This document shows, piece after piece, positions 46,997-56,800 of a stretch of DNA of 64,000 nucleotides (the stretch's first letter is position 1; each line of letters begins with the position of its first letter). This stretch comes from Dehalococcoidia bacterium (GTDB lineage: Bacteria > Chloroflexota > Dehalococcoidia > Lucifugimonadales > GCA-2712585). The DNA lies in contig CBDFHC010000004.1 in NCBI GenBank assembly GCA_965247585.1, forward strand, positions 881,460 through 945,459, read 5' to 3'. The notes below the pieces were generated by a model. The model was not told the origin of the DNA and made no database searches. It worked only from the letters and a program-made list of their open reading frames with translations. The position numbers were made by a program, and so were the translations under genes.

Positions 46997-49729
46997 CTAG
47001 ACCCGGAAGACCTTCATAACCTCGTCCCCCAGGTGGTTAATTACCTTCACTGCGATGCGCCCCGACTTGGGCTTGTCAAAGGGGCGAGAGGTGTCGCTGT
47101 TGAGCGTGGCCCAGGCTTCCTCGTTGATCTCGGCCTTGAGGGTGGTCTTGAGGGACTTGTACGGGTCGTTGGCGCCCAGGAAATAGGCGTGGCGGACGAA
47201 GAAACTTTCCTCGTTGTAGTCGGAGTCTATGAACCAGCAAGCGATCCCCTCGGCTCCGTCGCTCCGGACTTCACCCGTTTGCGGGTGAAACACGTCCACG
47301 CCGTTTACCTTCACCCGTATCTGCCCGTTATCTACGTCCAAGATGTCGATGTCTGGCTCGCCGAAGATGACGAACAGGTTCCCCTTGCCTGTGTTCTTCA
47401 GGTCGCCGGCCATGTGCAGGTCGGCGTTCATCCGCGCCTTGAGCACCGGGATGCGGCCTAGCTTGTCGAACTCCGTGGAGTGGGCGTCGTAGTTGAAGGC
47501 GCAGGTAATCAAAGCGTCAAAACCCCCGTCGCCTGCCTCACGAGCCGCGGCGACCAGGTCCGGGCGGGACACGGTGCCGAACTCCGGGCCGACAAATATG
47601 GCGGCCCGCTTTTCGTTGCCTGATTCTTCATCGCCTTCGAAATACCGCCCCTCGGCGCAGACCATGTGCCCCGGCCAAGGCGCAACGGACGTGAAGATAA
47701 CCTTGTCTTCCTTGTGGGCCTGCTGCACGCCGGAGATTTTGACGTTCTCCAGGACCATCTGGACGAAGTCCTGCTCCCCTCTGTGGCCGTTTGTTGATTC
47801 TCCAACGCCGTGAATCAACTCGTCGTTCTCGTCCACGGCCAGGACACGATGGGGAGATATGCTCTCGACGGTGAAGGGTCCAGCCACGCGCACCTTATTC
47901 CGGTCCTCGTAGGCTTTGTCGTAGAGGTGTTCAAAGTTGGCTTTCGCGGCTATGGAGGCGTCGATCTCCTTGTGACGGGCTATCCGCTGCTCCCACCACT
48001 GGGCGTGCAGCTTCTTCACTTTGTCTGGCCAGTTATCGTCAGCGGCACTCGGGATCTCCCACTCCTCCCAGGTCGTGCCCAGCGCTTGGTTGAGCTGCTG
48101 GTGCAACGGTTCCAGCACCTCCTGAAACAGCTCCCAGATGACGTCGATTTCGACGTTGTGGGCGATGTCGCGCAAAGTTATATGTGGCACCCGCTCGTAG
48201 ACAAATCCCTGTCGAATGTTGCCGCGCGTTGGAGCTTCAGAGGGAGCGGAGTGCGTAAGATCGGCTTCCTTAATCTGGCCATCGGGGCTGTCAGCCAGCA
48301 GGTAGTAGGGATAGCGCGCTCCCATGATCCGGGCCCGCGCCAGGGCGAGGGCGACCCTCGATGTGTCGATGGTGATCCACCTCCGGCCCCACTGCTCCGC
48401 CACGTAGGCAGTGGTGCCAGAACCACAAGTTGGATCGAGAACAAGATCGCCGGGGTCAGTTGCCATCTGGAGACAACGTTCAATAACTTTACGATGGGTT
48501 TGAACCACGTAAACCTTATCGCTAGCAAATGCTCCGAATTGCGTATCAAGCCATACGTTGTTCACCTTCCCCCGAGGCCGCTCGTCAGCATACTTCTTCC
48601 AACGAATCTGCCTTCCACTATACCGAACCACTCGGTCGGCCCACTCACGGCGAGGTAAATTCTCAGTCGCGAAGGCCCATTGCCGACTTGCCGTTGGCTG
48701 GAATATCTCGTTCCTAAAAGTTAAAGGAACGGTCCGAGTCTCACTGGGATGCTGAGATGTCAAATCTCCTAATTCATACTTGCCCCTCTCGTCTTCACCT
48801 TGAGGAACAAAATCAGGATCAGAAGAAAAGAGCTGCCTGAACTTTACAAATTGCACATTTTTGCCATACCAAAGAAGGTAATCACACACCGTATCAAGGT
48901 TGGCAGATGTTCTACCAGTCGAGGTAACGAAAGAGACAATGCTTATGAAGTTCTTGTCTCCGAATACCTCATCTAGCAGTGCACGAACGCGATGAACGTT
49001 TTCATCCCCAATCTGCACGAATACCGATCCGGTGTCGCCTAGTAGATCCCGTGCCACTGTTAACCGGTCGCGCAAATAGGTTAGATAGGAGTGAATCCCA
49101 TCTCTCCAGGTATCACGAAACGCCTTGACCTGCTCCGGCTCGCGGGTGATGTGGGCGGCGTTCCCATCGGTCGCGTCGCGGCTGGTGGTCGACCACTGGA
49201 AGTTGGAGTTGAACTTGATGCCGTAAGGCGGGTCGATGTAGATGCACTGGACCTTGCCCCGCAGCCCTTCTCGCTCAGCCAGTGACGCCATCACCTGGAG
49301 GCTGTCGCCCAGGATCATACGGTTGCTCCAGTTGGCATCGTGCTGGTAAAACTCGGTCTTGGCGCCCTCGCTGGGAAGCCCGTTGAAGTCGGCGAAGAGA
49401 TTGAGCTGGTGCTCTTCAGAAGCTCTGTCTGATTTGCTTTGGCGCAGCAGGTCGTCAATCAGCACCTTGGGGTGTACCTTCTCCTGGATATAAAGCGGAG
49501 GGGCCTGCACCACCAGGTCGGACCAGTCTTGCTCGTCCTTCCCCCGCCAGACCAGCTGGGGGTCCAGGTCGCGGTTCCGGCGCTGGTAGGCTAACTGTAT
49601 GGGGCTTTGCACGTCCTCGCCCATCACTGATTGGTATTCCGCCGTGGCGATGTACCTGCGAGACGCTTCCTCGTGGATGAGGGTCTCCACGGACTTTTCA
49701 GTTGCTCTTCTGGGTCTCGTTGACGCCAT
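46997..49729 (-). CDS. restriction-modification DNA methyltransferase (Mod-like, N6A/N4C beta-class order: DPPY before FxGxG)
   Basis: CIYIDPPYGIKFNSNF (motif IV) precedes VLDPTCGSGTTAYVAEQWGRRWITID (motif I). Start at ATG 49729, with GGAGG between it and the res stop (TAAGGAGGctcgtATG). Confidence 0.85.
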   Translation of the reverse strand: MASTRPRRATEKSVETLIHEEASRRYIATAEYQSVMGEDVQSPIQLAYQRRNRDLDPQLVWRGKDEQDWSDLVVQAPPLYIQEKVHPKVLIDDLLRQSKSDRASEEHQLNLFADFNGLPSEGAKTEFYQHDANWSNRMILGDSLQVMASLAEREGLRGKVQCIYIDPPYGIKFNSNFQWSTTSRDATDGNAAHITREPEQVKAFRDTWRDGIHSYLTYLRDRLTVARDLLGDTGSVFVQIGDENVHRVRALLDEVFGDKNFISIVSFVTSTGRTSANLDTVCDYLLWYGKNVQFVKFRQLFSSDPDFVPQGEDERGKYELGDLTSQHPSETRTVPLTFRNEIFQPTASRQWAFATENLPRREWADRVVRYSGRQIRWKKYADERPRGKVNNVWLDTQFGAFASDKVYVVQTHRKVIERCLQMATDPGDLVLDPTCGSGTTAYVAEQWGRRWITIDTSRVALALARARIMGARYPYYLLADSPDGQIKEADLTHSAPSEAPTRGNIRQGFVYERVPHITLRDIAHNVEIDVIWELFQEVLEPLHQQLNQALGTTWEEWEIPSAADDNWPDKVKKLHAQWWEQRIARHKEIDASIAAKANFEHLYDKAYEDRNKVRVAGPFTVESISPHRVLAVDENDELIHGVGESTNGHRGEQDFVQMVLENVKISGVQQAHKEDKVIFTSVAPWPGHMVCAEGRYFEGDEESGNEKRAAIFVGPEFGTVSRPDLVAAAREAGDGGFDALITCAFNYDAHSTEFDKLGRIPVLKARMNADLHMAGDLKNTGKGNLFVIFGEPDIDILDVDNGQIRVKVNGVDVFHPQTGEVRSDGAEGIACWFIDSDYNEESFFVRHAYFLGANDPYKSLKTTLKAEINEEAWATLNSDTSRPFDKPKSGRIAVKVINHLGDEVMKVFRV

Positions 49730-49739
49730 ACGAGCCTCC

Positions 49740-52700
49740 TTACAGGACTTGTTGGATTGAAACCGAACCAATCATCTCGTTAAACCCGGACGCGATCCGG
49801 TAGACATCGGTAAACTCGGCGAAGGCCCAGCGGCCATACTGACCGAGGTTGTTTACCCCCGGAACCCAGTAGGTTTCCATGGTGGATTTCTTTTCCTTGG
49901 CGTCCTCGCGCCGGTAGCCCTTGATCTCGACGACAAGGTGCAACGGGTCGTCGTGACCGTCGTCCACAAGCACAATGAAATCCGGCAGGTAGGTGCGGGA
50001 GTCGGAGCCGTAGCGGTAGGGCACTTCCAGACCCAGGTTGTGGTTCTTGACATAGGCCTTCACCTGAGGATGGGACTCGGCCATGCGGCAGAACTCCGCC
50101 TCCCAATCGCTGTCCAGGATGACCCAGTTGATGTGACATCGGCGGGCGTCGGTCTGCCAGCGGCTTGTCTTGGACGTGGTGAAGTTAACGTATTGGGTGG
50201 AACCGGTGGGATTGTAGGGGTCCAGCATAGCTTTGACGGGCCGCTCGCCCACCAGGGAACGGGTGATGGCGGCGGTGATGCGTTCGCAGGCCATGTCGGC
50301 CAGCTCCTGGTACATGAGCTGCGCCGGATACGTGCCGCCCCGGCAGACCAGGCAATCGTCAAGCCACTGCTTGGTGATCCGCTTGAGCTGTCCGAACAGG
50401 TAGAGCTTGGGTTCCTCGCCGGGGTCGCGCCACTTGGTATAGAGCAGACGCTGGGTGATGTGAAACAGTAAGGTGGACCGCCGCAGGTCCCGCGTGTGGA
50501 ACAGGTTGAGGTTCACCCCCTCGCCAATGATCGCCTCGTTCCTTGTGATGGAGGGACCTACCAGCTGGGGAGTAAGTTCCAACACCGAGTCGCTGTTGAA
50601 ATCCGCCGTGAGCCGTTCCTCAGGCAACTCGACCCGGTATCCCGAGACGCGGGGGAACGTGATTTCCAAGGAATCCCGGTCCGGACGAACCGCCTTGACT
50701 GGGATGGTCTGGCGGGGCGGTTGCGGCGGGGCGACCACTGGCCTAGCCGTGAAGTCGAAGGGAATCCCCAGCACGTCGGCGTATTCGACGTTGAACCGGT
50801 TGTCTTCGTTGAGATCGTAGGACTGGCGGCGAAGGGCGCGCCCGATAACCTGCTCGCACAGGAGCTGGGTTCCGAAGGCCCGCACCCCAAGCACATGGGT
50901 GACGGTGTTGGTGTCCCAGCCTTCGGTGAGCATGGATACCGAAACTACGCAGCGGATAGATTCGCCCAGGCGGTCTTCTTTGCCGACGGTGTTCATGACC
51001 TCCCGGAGCAGGTCCTGGTCGGTGATGTTGTCCGCCTGGCGCCGGTCGCCCGTTCGTGCAACAATCTCACGTCTGAACCGCTCAATTTCATCTTTGGCCA
51101 TGTCGCGGAAATTACTGTCCAGGGCATCTCCGGACTCTAGTTGTTCGCTGTCGATCAGCAACGTGCGCGGCCGCGGGTACGGGCGTCCGTGCTCGTCAAA
51201 GTTCCGAAACAACTCCAGCCGCCCGTTCACCAGAGTAGGTGAGCCATCGTCGTTCTCCCGGTGGAAACCTGAGATATAGTCGTAGACCAGCTTGGACGTA
51301 GAGGTGTTGTTGCAGACCACGATGAAGCAGGGATGCACCCGAATACCGGCTTCACTCCAAAGATTGTAGGTCTTCTCGTAATGTCCGTAGAGGGCTTCCA
51401 GCGCTGTCTGTAGCTGGACGGGCAGGGCCAGCGGATCAAGGATTTTGGCCTTTCGCCGGCCTTGTCTGGGCATCTGGGCTCGAATGTTCTCCCATAAGTT
51501 GCGGAACCTGGGCATATCCCCGCCGGGAATGTTGTCGGCCACGGGCACACGCGGCAGCTTGACGATGCCGGATTCAATGGCGTCCATCAATGAGAAGTCG
51601 CTCATGGTCCATGGAAACAGTGTGCCTTCGGCATAACCCGAGCCGCGGAGAAAGAAGGGAGTGGCCGAAAGGTCTATGACGTTGGCGAGTCCAAGCTTCC
51701 GATTGACGGCTTCTAGGCCGGAGATCCAGAGACGGGCCGCCTCATTGTTCTTCTCCGCCTCCTTCTTCTCTTCGCCCTTTAGGTCCTCTTCCTCTTCTTC
51801 TTCTCCAGGCTTTTCACGGTAGCAGTGATGCCCCTCGTCGTTTAGAACCAGGATGTTTTTGATGCCCATCAGATCGGGCATCACCCGCTGGAGCATCTGA
51901 CCCTCGGTCTCCAGCGTGTCCAACGGCTCGCCCCGGCCCTGGAGCAGCGAACGGCCGCCCCTGGAAAGCTCCAACCGGTCGCGGAGTTTGAAAGCGTGGT
52001 AGTTGGTGATGACGATCTTGGCGCGGTCCAAGCCGCCAAGCATATCGTTGGGCACCAATTCCCGGGAGGCATAGTAGCTGTCTGGGTCGTTGGGCTGGAG
52101 CACGCGCAAGCGGTCGCGGATAGTCAGACCGGGCGCAACAACCAGGAAGCCGCGGGTGAATCTGTTGCTGTTGGGCCGGCGCACGGCGTTGATGGTCTGC
52201 CAGGCGATGACCATGGCCATGATGGTGGTCTTCCCTGCGCCGGTGGCCAGCTTTAGGGCCAGCCGCATCAGTTCCGGGTTGGCCCCGTTGTTGGCATTGG
52301 CCAGGTAGTCTAGGAAGCCTCTCCCCGCCCTCCCCGCCTTTGGGGCTACCTCGGCCAGCCATATGGCGGTCTCAATAGCCTCTATTTGGCAGAAGAAGGG
52401 CAGAATGTTATTGAAACGGTGATGGCGCCGATGCTGAAGCAGGCGAGCGGTCTCGGGCGTGACTTGCCAGTCGCTTGGATTTCGCAAACCTCTCCATTGG
52501 TCTACACGGCGGCGGAGCTCATTGATATTTGAGGAGGTGGTTTCGTATTGCTGGTCCTTGGTCGAGAGACCTAGGCCTTCATCGAAAACCAACTGGTGCT
52601 GGGCCGCTGCTGCTTTGCGCTTACGGGGCTTTGGAATCGGTGTGATGAATTCGGCGCTTCGACGGTTTTCTATGATCTGCTGCGTCGGCTGCCCTTCGGT

Positions 52701-52781
52701 GTCAAGTTCCCAGTGCCGCGACGGGTGCTCGTAAGGAGAATTGAGGATAGGACGCTCGTAAAATTGGTTTTCCGTCACCAT
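49740..52781 (-). CDS. restriction enzyme Res-like subunit (SF2 helicase + C-terminal PD-(D/E)xK nuclease)
   Basis: 1013 aa. Walker A LATGAGKT, DEAH-like LNDEGHH, SATP, helicase motif VI region QVIGRALRR, and a C-terminal YLPDF...VVEIKGY nuclease motif. Confidence 0.85.
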   Translation of the reverse strand: MVTENQFYERPILNSPYEHPSRHWELDTEGQPTQQIIENRRSAEFITPIPKPRKRKAAAAQHQLVFDEGLGLSTKDQQYETTSSNINELRRRVDQWRGLRNPSDWQVTPETARLLQHRRHHRFNNILPFFCQIEAIETAIWLAEVAPKAGRAGRGFLDYLANANNGANPELMRLALKLATGAGKTTIMAMVIAWQTINAVRRPNSNRFTRGFLVVAPGLTIRDRLRVLQPNDPDSYYASRELVPNDMLGGLDRAKIVITNYHAFKLRDRLELSRGGRSLLQGRGEPLDTLETEGQMLQRVMPDLMGIKNILVLNDEGHHCYREKPGEEEEEEDLKGEEKKEAEKNNEAARLWISGLEAVNRKLGLANVIDLSATPFFLRGSGYAEGTLFPWTMSDFSLMDAIESGIVKLPRVPVADNIPGGDMPRFRNLWENIRAQMPRQGRRKAKILDPLALPVQLQTALEALYGHYEKTYNLWSEAGIRVHPCFIVVCNNTSTSKLVYDYISGFHRENDDGSPTLVNGRLELFRNFDEHGRPYPRPRTLLIDSEQLESGDALDSNFRDMAKDEIERFRREIVARTGDRRQADNITDQDLLREVMNTVGKEDRLGESIRCVVSVSMLTEGWDTNTVTHVLGVRAFGTQLLCEQVIGRALRRQSYDLNEDNRFNVEYADVLGIPFDFTARPVVAPPQPPRQTIPVKAVRPDRDSLEITFPRVSGYRVELPEERLTADFNSDSVLELTPQLVGPSITRNEAIIGEGVNLNLFHTRDLRRSTLLFHITQRLLYTKWRDPGEEPKLYLFGQLKRITKQWLDDCLVCRGGTYPAQLMYQELADMACERITAAITRSLVGERPVKAMLDPYNPTGSTQYVNFTTSKTSRWQTDARRCHINWVILDSDWEAEFCRMAESHPQVKAYVKNHNLGLEVPYRYGSDSRTYLPDFIVLVDDGHDDPLHLVVEIKGYRREDAKEKKSTMETYWVPGVNNLGQYGRWAFAEFTDVYRIASGFNEMIGSVSIQQVL

Positions 52782-53036
52782 CTTGCCTCAATGGCCTCCA
52801 TTACAGAGGGATGCGGCCGCCCCTTGCGGCAATGTCCGAGAAAATAAAAGAAAGCCCTTTTGGTGCCCCGATTTTAAGCGCTTGGTGGCATCTGGACAAT
52901 CCTCATCGATTTTGGACCGGGGTCTCTGGTTAATCTCTGACGGATGTTCAGCTTATCTAATTGGAGGCTGATGCGGATCACCTGGCAAAGGTTGTCTATC
53001 GGCGCCCCGGGGGAATTTGGATAGCAGTCAAGGGGA

Positions 53037-54512
53037 TTAGATAGAAGAGGCTGCGGAGTGGCCGGCTATCCGGCCGAAGACGGAGCCGGCCATGAGGCCG
53101 GAGCCGCCGGGGTAGTTATGGTAGAAGAGGCCGCCCACTAGCTCGCCAGCGGCGTAGAGGCCCGGTATGGGTGAGGCTTCGGTGTCGATGACCTGGGCGT
53201 TGGTGTTGATGCGGAGGCCGCCGAAGGTGAAGGTTATGCCGCAGGTGACGGCGTAGCCCAGGTAGGGAGGGGTGTCCAGGGGCAGAGCCCAGTTGGACTT
53301 GCGGGGGTCTATGCCCTGGGTGTGTTTGCCGTCGAGGGCGGTGGGGTTGTACTCGCCGGGCTGGACGGCGGCGTTGTAGGCGCGGACGGTGTCGACGAGG
53401 CCGGGGCGGTCAATGTCCAGCCCATCGGCAAGCTCCTCGATGGAGTTGGCTTCGACCATGGTGACCTGGGCGATGCGGTACTCGTCACGGAGGAGGTGTT
53501 TGACCTTCTGGTCGAAGAGCTGGAAGGCGGCGCGCTGGGGCTGGAAGAGGATTTCGCGGCCGTATTTGGCATAGGTGTAGTTGCGCATGTCGGCGCCTTC
53601 ATCGACGAAGCGCTTTCCTTCGACGTTGACGATGAGGCCGAAGGGGTAGGAATGCTTTTGGAACAGGTCGGTGATGTTGCGGTCTCCGTAGGGCGGGGCG
53701 TTGAGGTCCCAGGCGACGGCGTGGCAGCCGCTCCAGTGGCCGTGGGACTGGGCACCGATTTCCAGGGCCATGCGGATGCCGTCTCCGGTGTTGTACGGGA
53801 CGCCGCGAACCTTGGCGAGCTCCCAGCCGGGGCCGAGGTATCGAGTGCGCATTTCGGGGTTGGCCTCGAAGCCGCCGCATGCGAGGACGATGGAGCGGGC
53901 TGAGATGTCCTCCAGGCCCTGGGGTCCTTGGACCGTTAGACCGGTGACGCGCGCGGTCCGATCCTGGAGGAGGCGGAGGCCCTTGGTCTGGTAGCGCACT
54001 TCCACTCCCGTGGAAGCGGCCAGGTCAAATTGCTGGTCTGAGAGCCCCTTGCCGCCCCCCACAGCCTCAACGGTGAGGCCGCCCCAGAAGCGGTGAATGC
54101 CCTCGACCTGGAAGGACTGCTGGCCGTAGAGGAGGACGAATCGGAGGCCCATTTCCCGGAGCCAGGCGAGAGTGGGGTGAGAGCGGCTGACGAGGAGCTG
54201 GGCCAGCTCCGGGTCTGACATACCCTCGGTGACGCGCATAAGGTCGTCGTAGAACTGGGCCTGGGGGTAGGCGCCGACGTCGATGGAGGACTCTTCTTCG
54301 GGGGACATGTCGGGGATGAGTGCCTTGATGTCTTCGAGGCCGTTGTAGGCGCAACGAATGGCGCCACCGGTGAAGTAGGAGTTGCCGCCGCGGAAATACT
54401 CGGGGGCCTTTTCGAGGACGAGGACGGAAGCGCCCTGGGAGCGGGCGGCGAGGGCGGCGCAGAGGGCGGCGTTGCCGGCCCCCACGACGATTACATCGTA
54501 GCTGTTAGTCAT
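53037..54512 (-). CDS. FAD-dependent oxidoreductase, TcuA (tricarballylate dehydrogenase)-like
   Basis: ORF trimmed to MTNSYDVIVVGAGNAALCAALAARSQGASVLVLEKAP..RGGNS. C-terminal GLYAAGE..GG. Paralog of the gene at 1-955. Confidence 0.85.
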   Translation of the reverse strand: MTNSYDVIVVGAGNAALCAALAARSQGASVLVLEKAPEYFRGGNSYFTGGAIRCAYNGLEDIKALIPDMSPEEESSIDVGAYPQAQFYDDLMRVTEGMSDPELAQLLVSRSHPTLAWLREMGLRFVLLYGQQSFQVEGIHRFWGGLTVEAVGGGKGLSDQQFDLAASTGVEVRYQTKGLRLLQDRTARVTGLTVQGPQGLEDISARSIVLACGGFEANPEMRTRYLGPGWELAKVRGVPYNTGDGIRMALEIGAQSHGHWSGCHAVAWDLNAPPYGDRNITDLFQKHSYPFGLIVNVEGKRFVDEGADMRNYTYAKYGREILFQPQRAAFQLFDQKVKHLLRDEYRIAQVTMVEANSIEELADGLDIDRPGLVDTVRAYNAAVQPGEYNPTALDGKHTQGIDPRKSNWALPLDTPPYLGYAVTCGITFTFGGLRINTNAQVIDTEASPIPGLYAAGELVGGLFYHNYPGGSGLMAGSVFGRIAGHSAASSI

Positions 54513-54666
54513 GGGACCTCGGTTGAGGATGCTATGCGGAGAAAAGGCAAGTGTCAACGCCGGAGATCCGCGAGGAGTAGTCCAAACGACCGCTGGTTTG
54601 CAACCGGATTGGGCCGCAGCTATCATTGTGGCGCTCCGGCAACAACCACCGGCGAGAGAACAAGGA

Positions 54667-55419
54667 ATGAGCTACGAGACGATCCTGGTAGACCAGTCGG
54701 AGGGGGTGGGGACCATCACCCTCAACCGCCCCGAAGTGCTGAACGCCATGAGCCTGAAGCTGATGGAGGAGTTGGGCGCCGAGGTGACGCGGATGGAGTC
54801 CGACACCGATGTGAAGGCTATAATCATCACCGGCGCCGGGGAGAAGGCCTTTTCCGCCGGCGCGGATATCCATGAGATGCGCACCTTGGCTCCGGAGCAG
54901 TTGTCACAGGGGCACCAGCTCCGCTACGACACCCATTGGCACATGGCCAACTGCCGCAAGCCGATTATTGGGGCCATCAACGGCCTGTGCTACGGCGGCG
55001 GGACGGTGCTGGCGTCGTCGCTGGACTTCCTGGTGGGGTGCGAGAAGAGCGACTTCCGGTTCCTGGCGGTGGTATACGGGCAGATGAACGCCACCTGGAC
55101 CCTTCCGGTGATGGTCAACTGGCCCATGGCCAAGGAGATACTGTATACCGGCCGGGTGGTTCCCGCCGAGGAGGCGTACCGAATTGGGCTGCTGAACCAC
55201 CTGGTGCCATCGTCGGATCTTATGGCGAAGGCCAAGGAGCTGGCGGGGTACATCGCCGCCAACCATCCCGCCTCGGTGGAGACCGTCAAGGAGCTGATCC
55301 TCAGCAACCTGGACAAGTCTTGGGAGGAGATGCACCTGCGGGAGCATCATGCCCGCCAGGGTCAGAACCTGCCGGTGGAAGAGGGATTCAAGGCGTTCAT
55401 AGACCGGAGAGGACGGTAG
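54667..55419 (+). CDS. enoyl-CoA hydratase/isomerase (crotonase) family protein
   Basis: ORF trimmed to ATG 54667. ITLNRPEVLNAMS, ITGAGEKAFSAGADI and INGLCYGGG are crotonase oxyanion-hole motifs. Confidence 0.85.
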   Translation: MSYETILVDQSEGVGTITLNRPEVLNAMSLKLMEELGAEVTRMESDTDVKAIIITGAGEKAFSAGADIHEMRTLAPEQLSQGHQLRYDTHWHMANCRKPIIGAINGLCYGGGTVLASSLDFLVGCEKSDFRFLAVVYGQMNATWTLPVMVNWPMAKEILYTGRVVPAEEAYRIGLLNHLVPSSDLMAKAKELAGYIAANHPASVETVKELILSNLDKSWEEMHLREHHARQGQNLPVEEGFKAFIDRRGR

Positions 55420-55431
55420 CGGACAGGGACT

Positions 55432-56466
55432 ATGGCAGTTAAGAAGATAGCAGTGCTGGGGGTAGGCGCCATTGGAGGCACCATAGGCGGGTGCCTGACG
55501 ATGGCGGGGTACGACGTGACGCTGATAGACCAATGGCCGGAAAACGTGGAGACGATGAAGGCCAAAGGGCTGCGGATCTCCGGCACCCACGGGGAGCACC
55601 AGATTCCGGTGAAGGCTATCCATCTAACGGAGGTTAGCCCGGCTAACGCCGAGTATGACATCGCGTTTGTGTGCACAAAATCGTACGACACAAGATGGGC
55701 GGCGAGCTTCATAGCGCCGTACGTCAAAGCGGACGGAGCGGTGGTGTCGGCGCAAAACAGCATCAATGACCCGGTGATAGCGCCGATAGTGGGGTACAAC
55801 CGGGCGCTGGCCTGCATCCTAAACCTGGGCTCCGGGATGTACGAGCCGGCGCACGTGGTGCGCACCAACGAACCGGAGGCGATGACGGTGACCCTGGGGG
55901 AGCTTCACTGCCGGATATCACCCAGACTAAGAGAGCTTGGGGAGATAATGTCCAACGTGGGCAAGACCAAGCTGACCACCAACACCTGGGGGGAACGGTG
56001 GGCGAAGCTGGCGGTGAATTGCATGGTGAACCCCATGGCGGGGATAACCGGGATCAGCTCCGCGGAGGTGAGGAGGAACGAGGCCACCCGCGGGCTGATT
56101 ATCAAAGCCGCCGCGGAAGCGGTGCGCGTGGCCACGGCCATGGGGGTTGAGGTGGAACCCATCAACGGGATTCCGGCGCAGGCATATCTGGAGGCGGACA
56201 GCGGCGAAGGTCTGGAATACGTTGAAACTGAGCTGGGACACGCCGCCGGTGAGCGGGGTGAGGGGCTGCCATCCCTGCTCCAAGACCTGAAGAAGGGACG
56301 CCGAACGGAGATAGATTATCTGAATGGTTATGTAGTAGAGAAGGGAAACAGGGTTGGGATCAAGACCCCGGTCAACGGCGCGCTGGCAGCCACGGTAAGG
56401 CGAATTGAAGGTGAAAAGCTGACGCCGGACCTAGCCAATCTGGAGATGCTAGATTCCTACCTCTGA
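55432..56466 (+). CDS. ketopantoate reductase (PanE/ApbA) family oxidoreductase
   Basis: 344 aa. KIAVLGVGAIGG Rossmann motif, and a C-terminal SLLQDLKKGRRTEIDYLNG motif of the ApbA family. Confidence 0.8.
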   Translation: MAVKKIAVLGVGAIGGTIGGCLTMAGYDVTLIDQWPENVETMKAKGLRISGTHGEHQIPVKAIHLTEVSPANAEYDIAFVCTKSYDTRWAASFIAPYVKADGAVVSAQNSINDPVIAPIVGYNRALACILNLGSGMYEPAHVVRTNEPEAMTVTLGELHCRISPRLRELGEIMSNVGKTKLTTNTWGERWAKLAVNCMVNPMAGITGISSAEVRRNEATRGLIIKAAAEAVRVATAMGVEVEPINGIPAQAYLEADSGEGLEYVETELGHAAGERGEGLPSLLQDLKKGRRTEIDYLNGYVVEKGNRVGIKTPVNGALAATVRRIEGEKLTPDLANLEMLDSYL

Positions 56467-56681
56467 AGCAAGGCCCGGCGGCGCAGGGGTCATAGGCGCT
56501 CCGCCGGATGGCCGGCGCTCCGCCCTGTTAGCGTGCCGCGCCACGGGACGGGCCGTTTGCGGTGTCCGGGGATTGGCAAATGGCCGGAATCCATCCGCAT
56601 ATTGGACGATAGGCTGCGATAATGGCCGCAATAGAACTGAAAATGCAATCAAATATTGTGCGTATCCGGCGCTGAAAAGTC

Positions 56682-56711
56682 TTGCCAAGCTTCTTGCCAA
56701 CCACTTATAAT
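56682..56711 (+). promoter_or_regulatory. promoter candidate (TTGCCA-18 nt-TATAAT)
   Basis: TTGCCA at 56682-56687 and TATAAT at 56706-56711, about 90 nt upstream of the 56801 gene (AAGGAGG RBS). Confidence 0.45.
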
Positions 56712-56800
56712 CCGACCGCAGTTCCAACTGCCCTATTCTCTTTGTCTGAAAAGCGATACATTTCGCCCAAACGGTTGCGCTTACCGATAAAGGAGGTTTA

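Noticed and set aside
52782-53036. Looked for direct or inverted repeats marking the borders of the R-M island (versus 46941-46996)
   Set aside because: No convincing matching repeats were found by eye, so island boundaries cannot be defined from this window.
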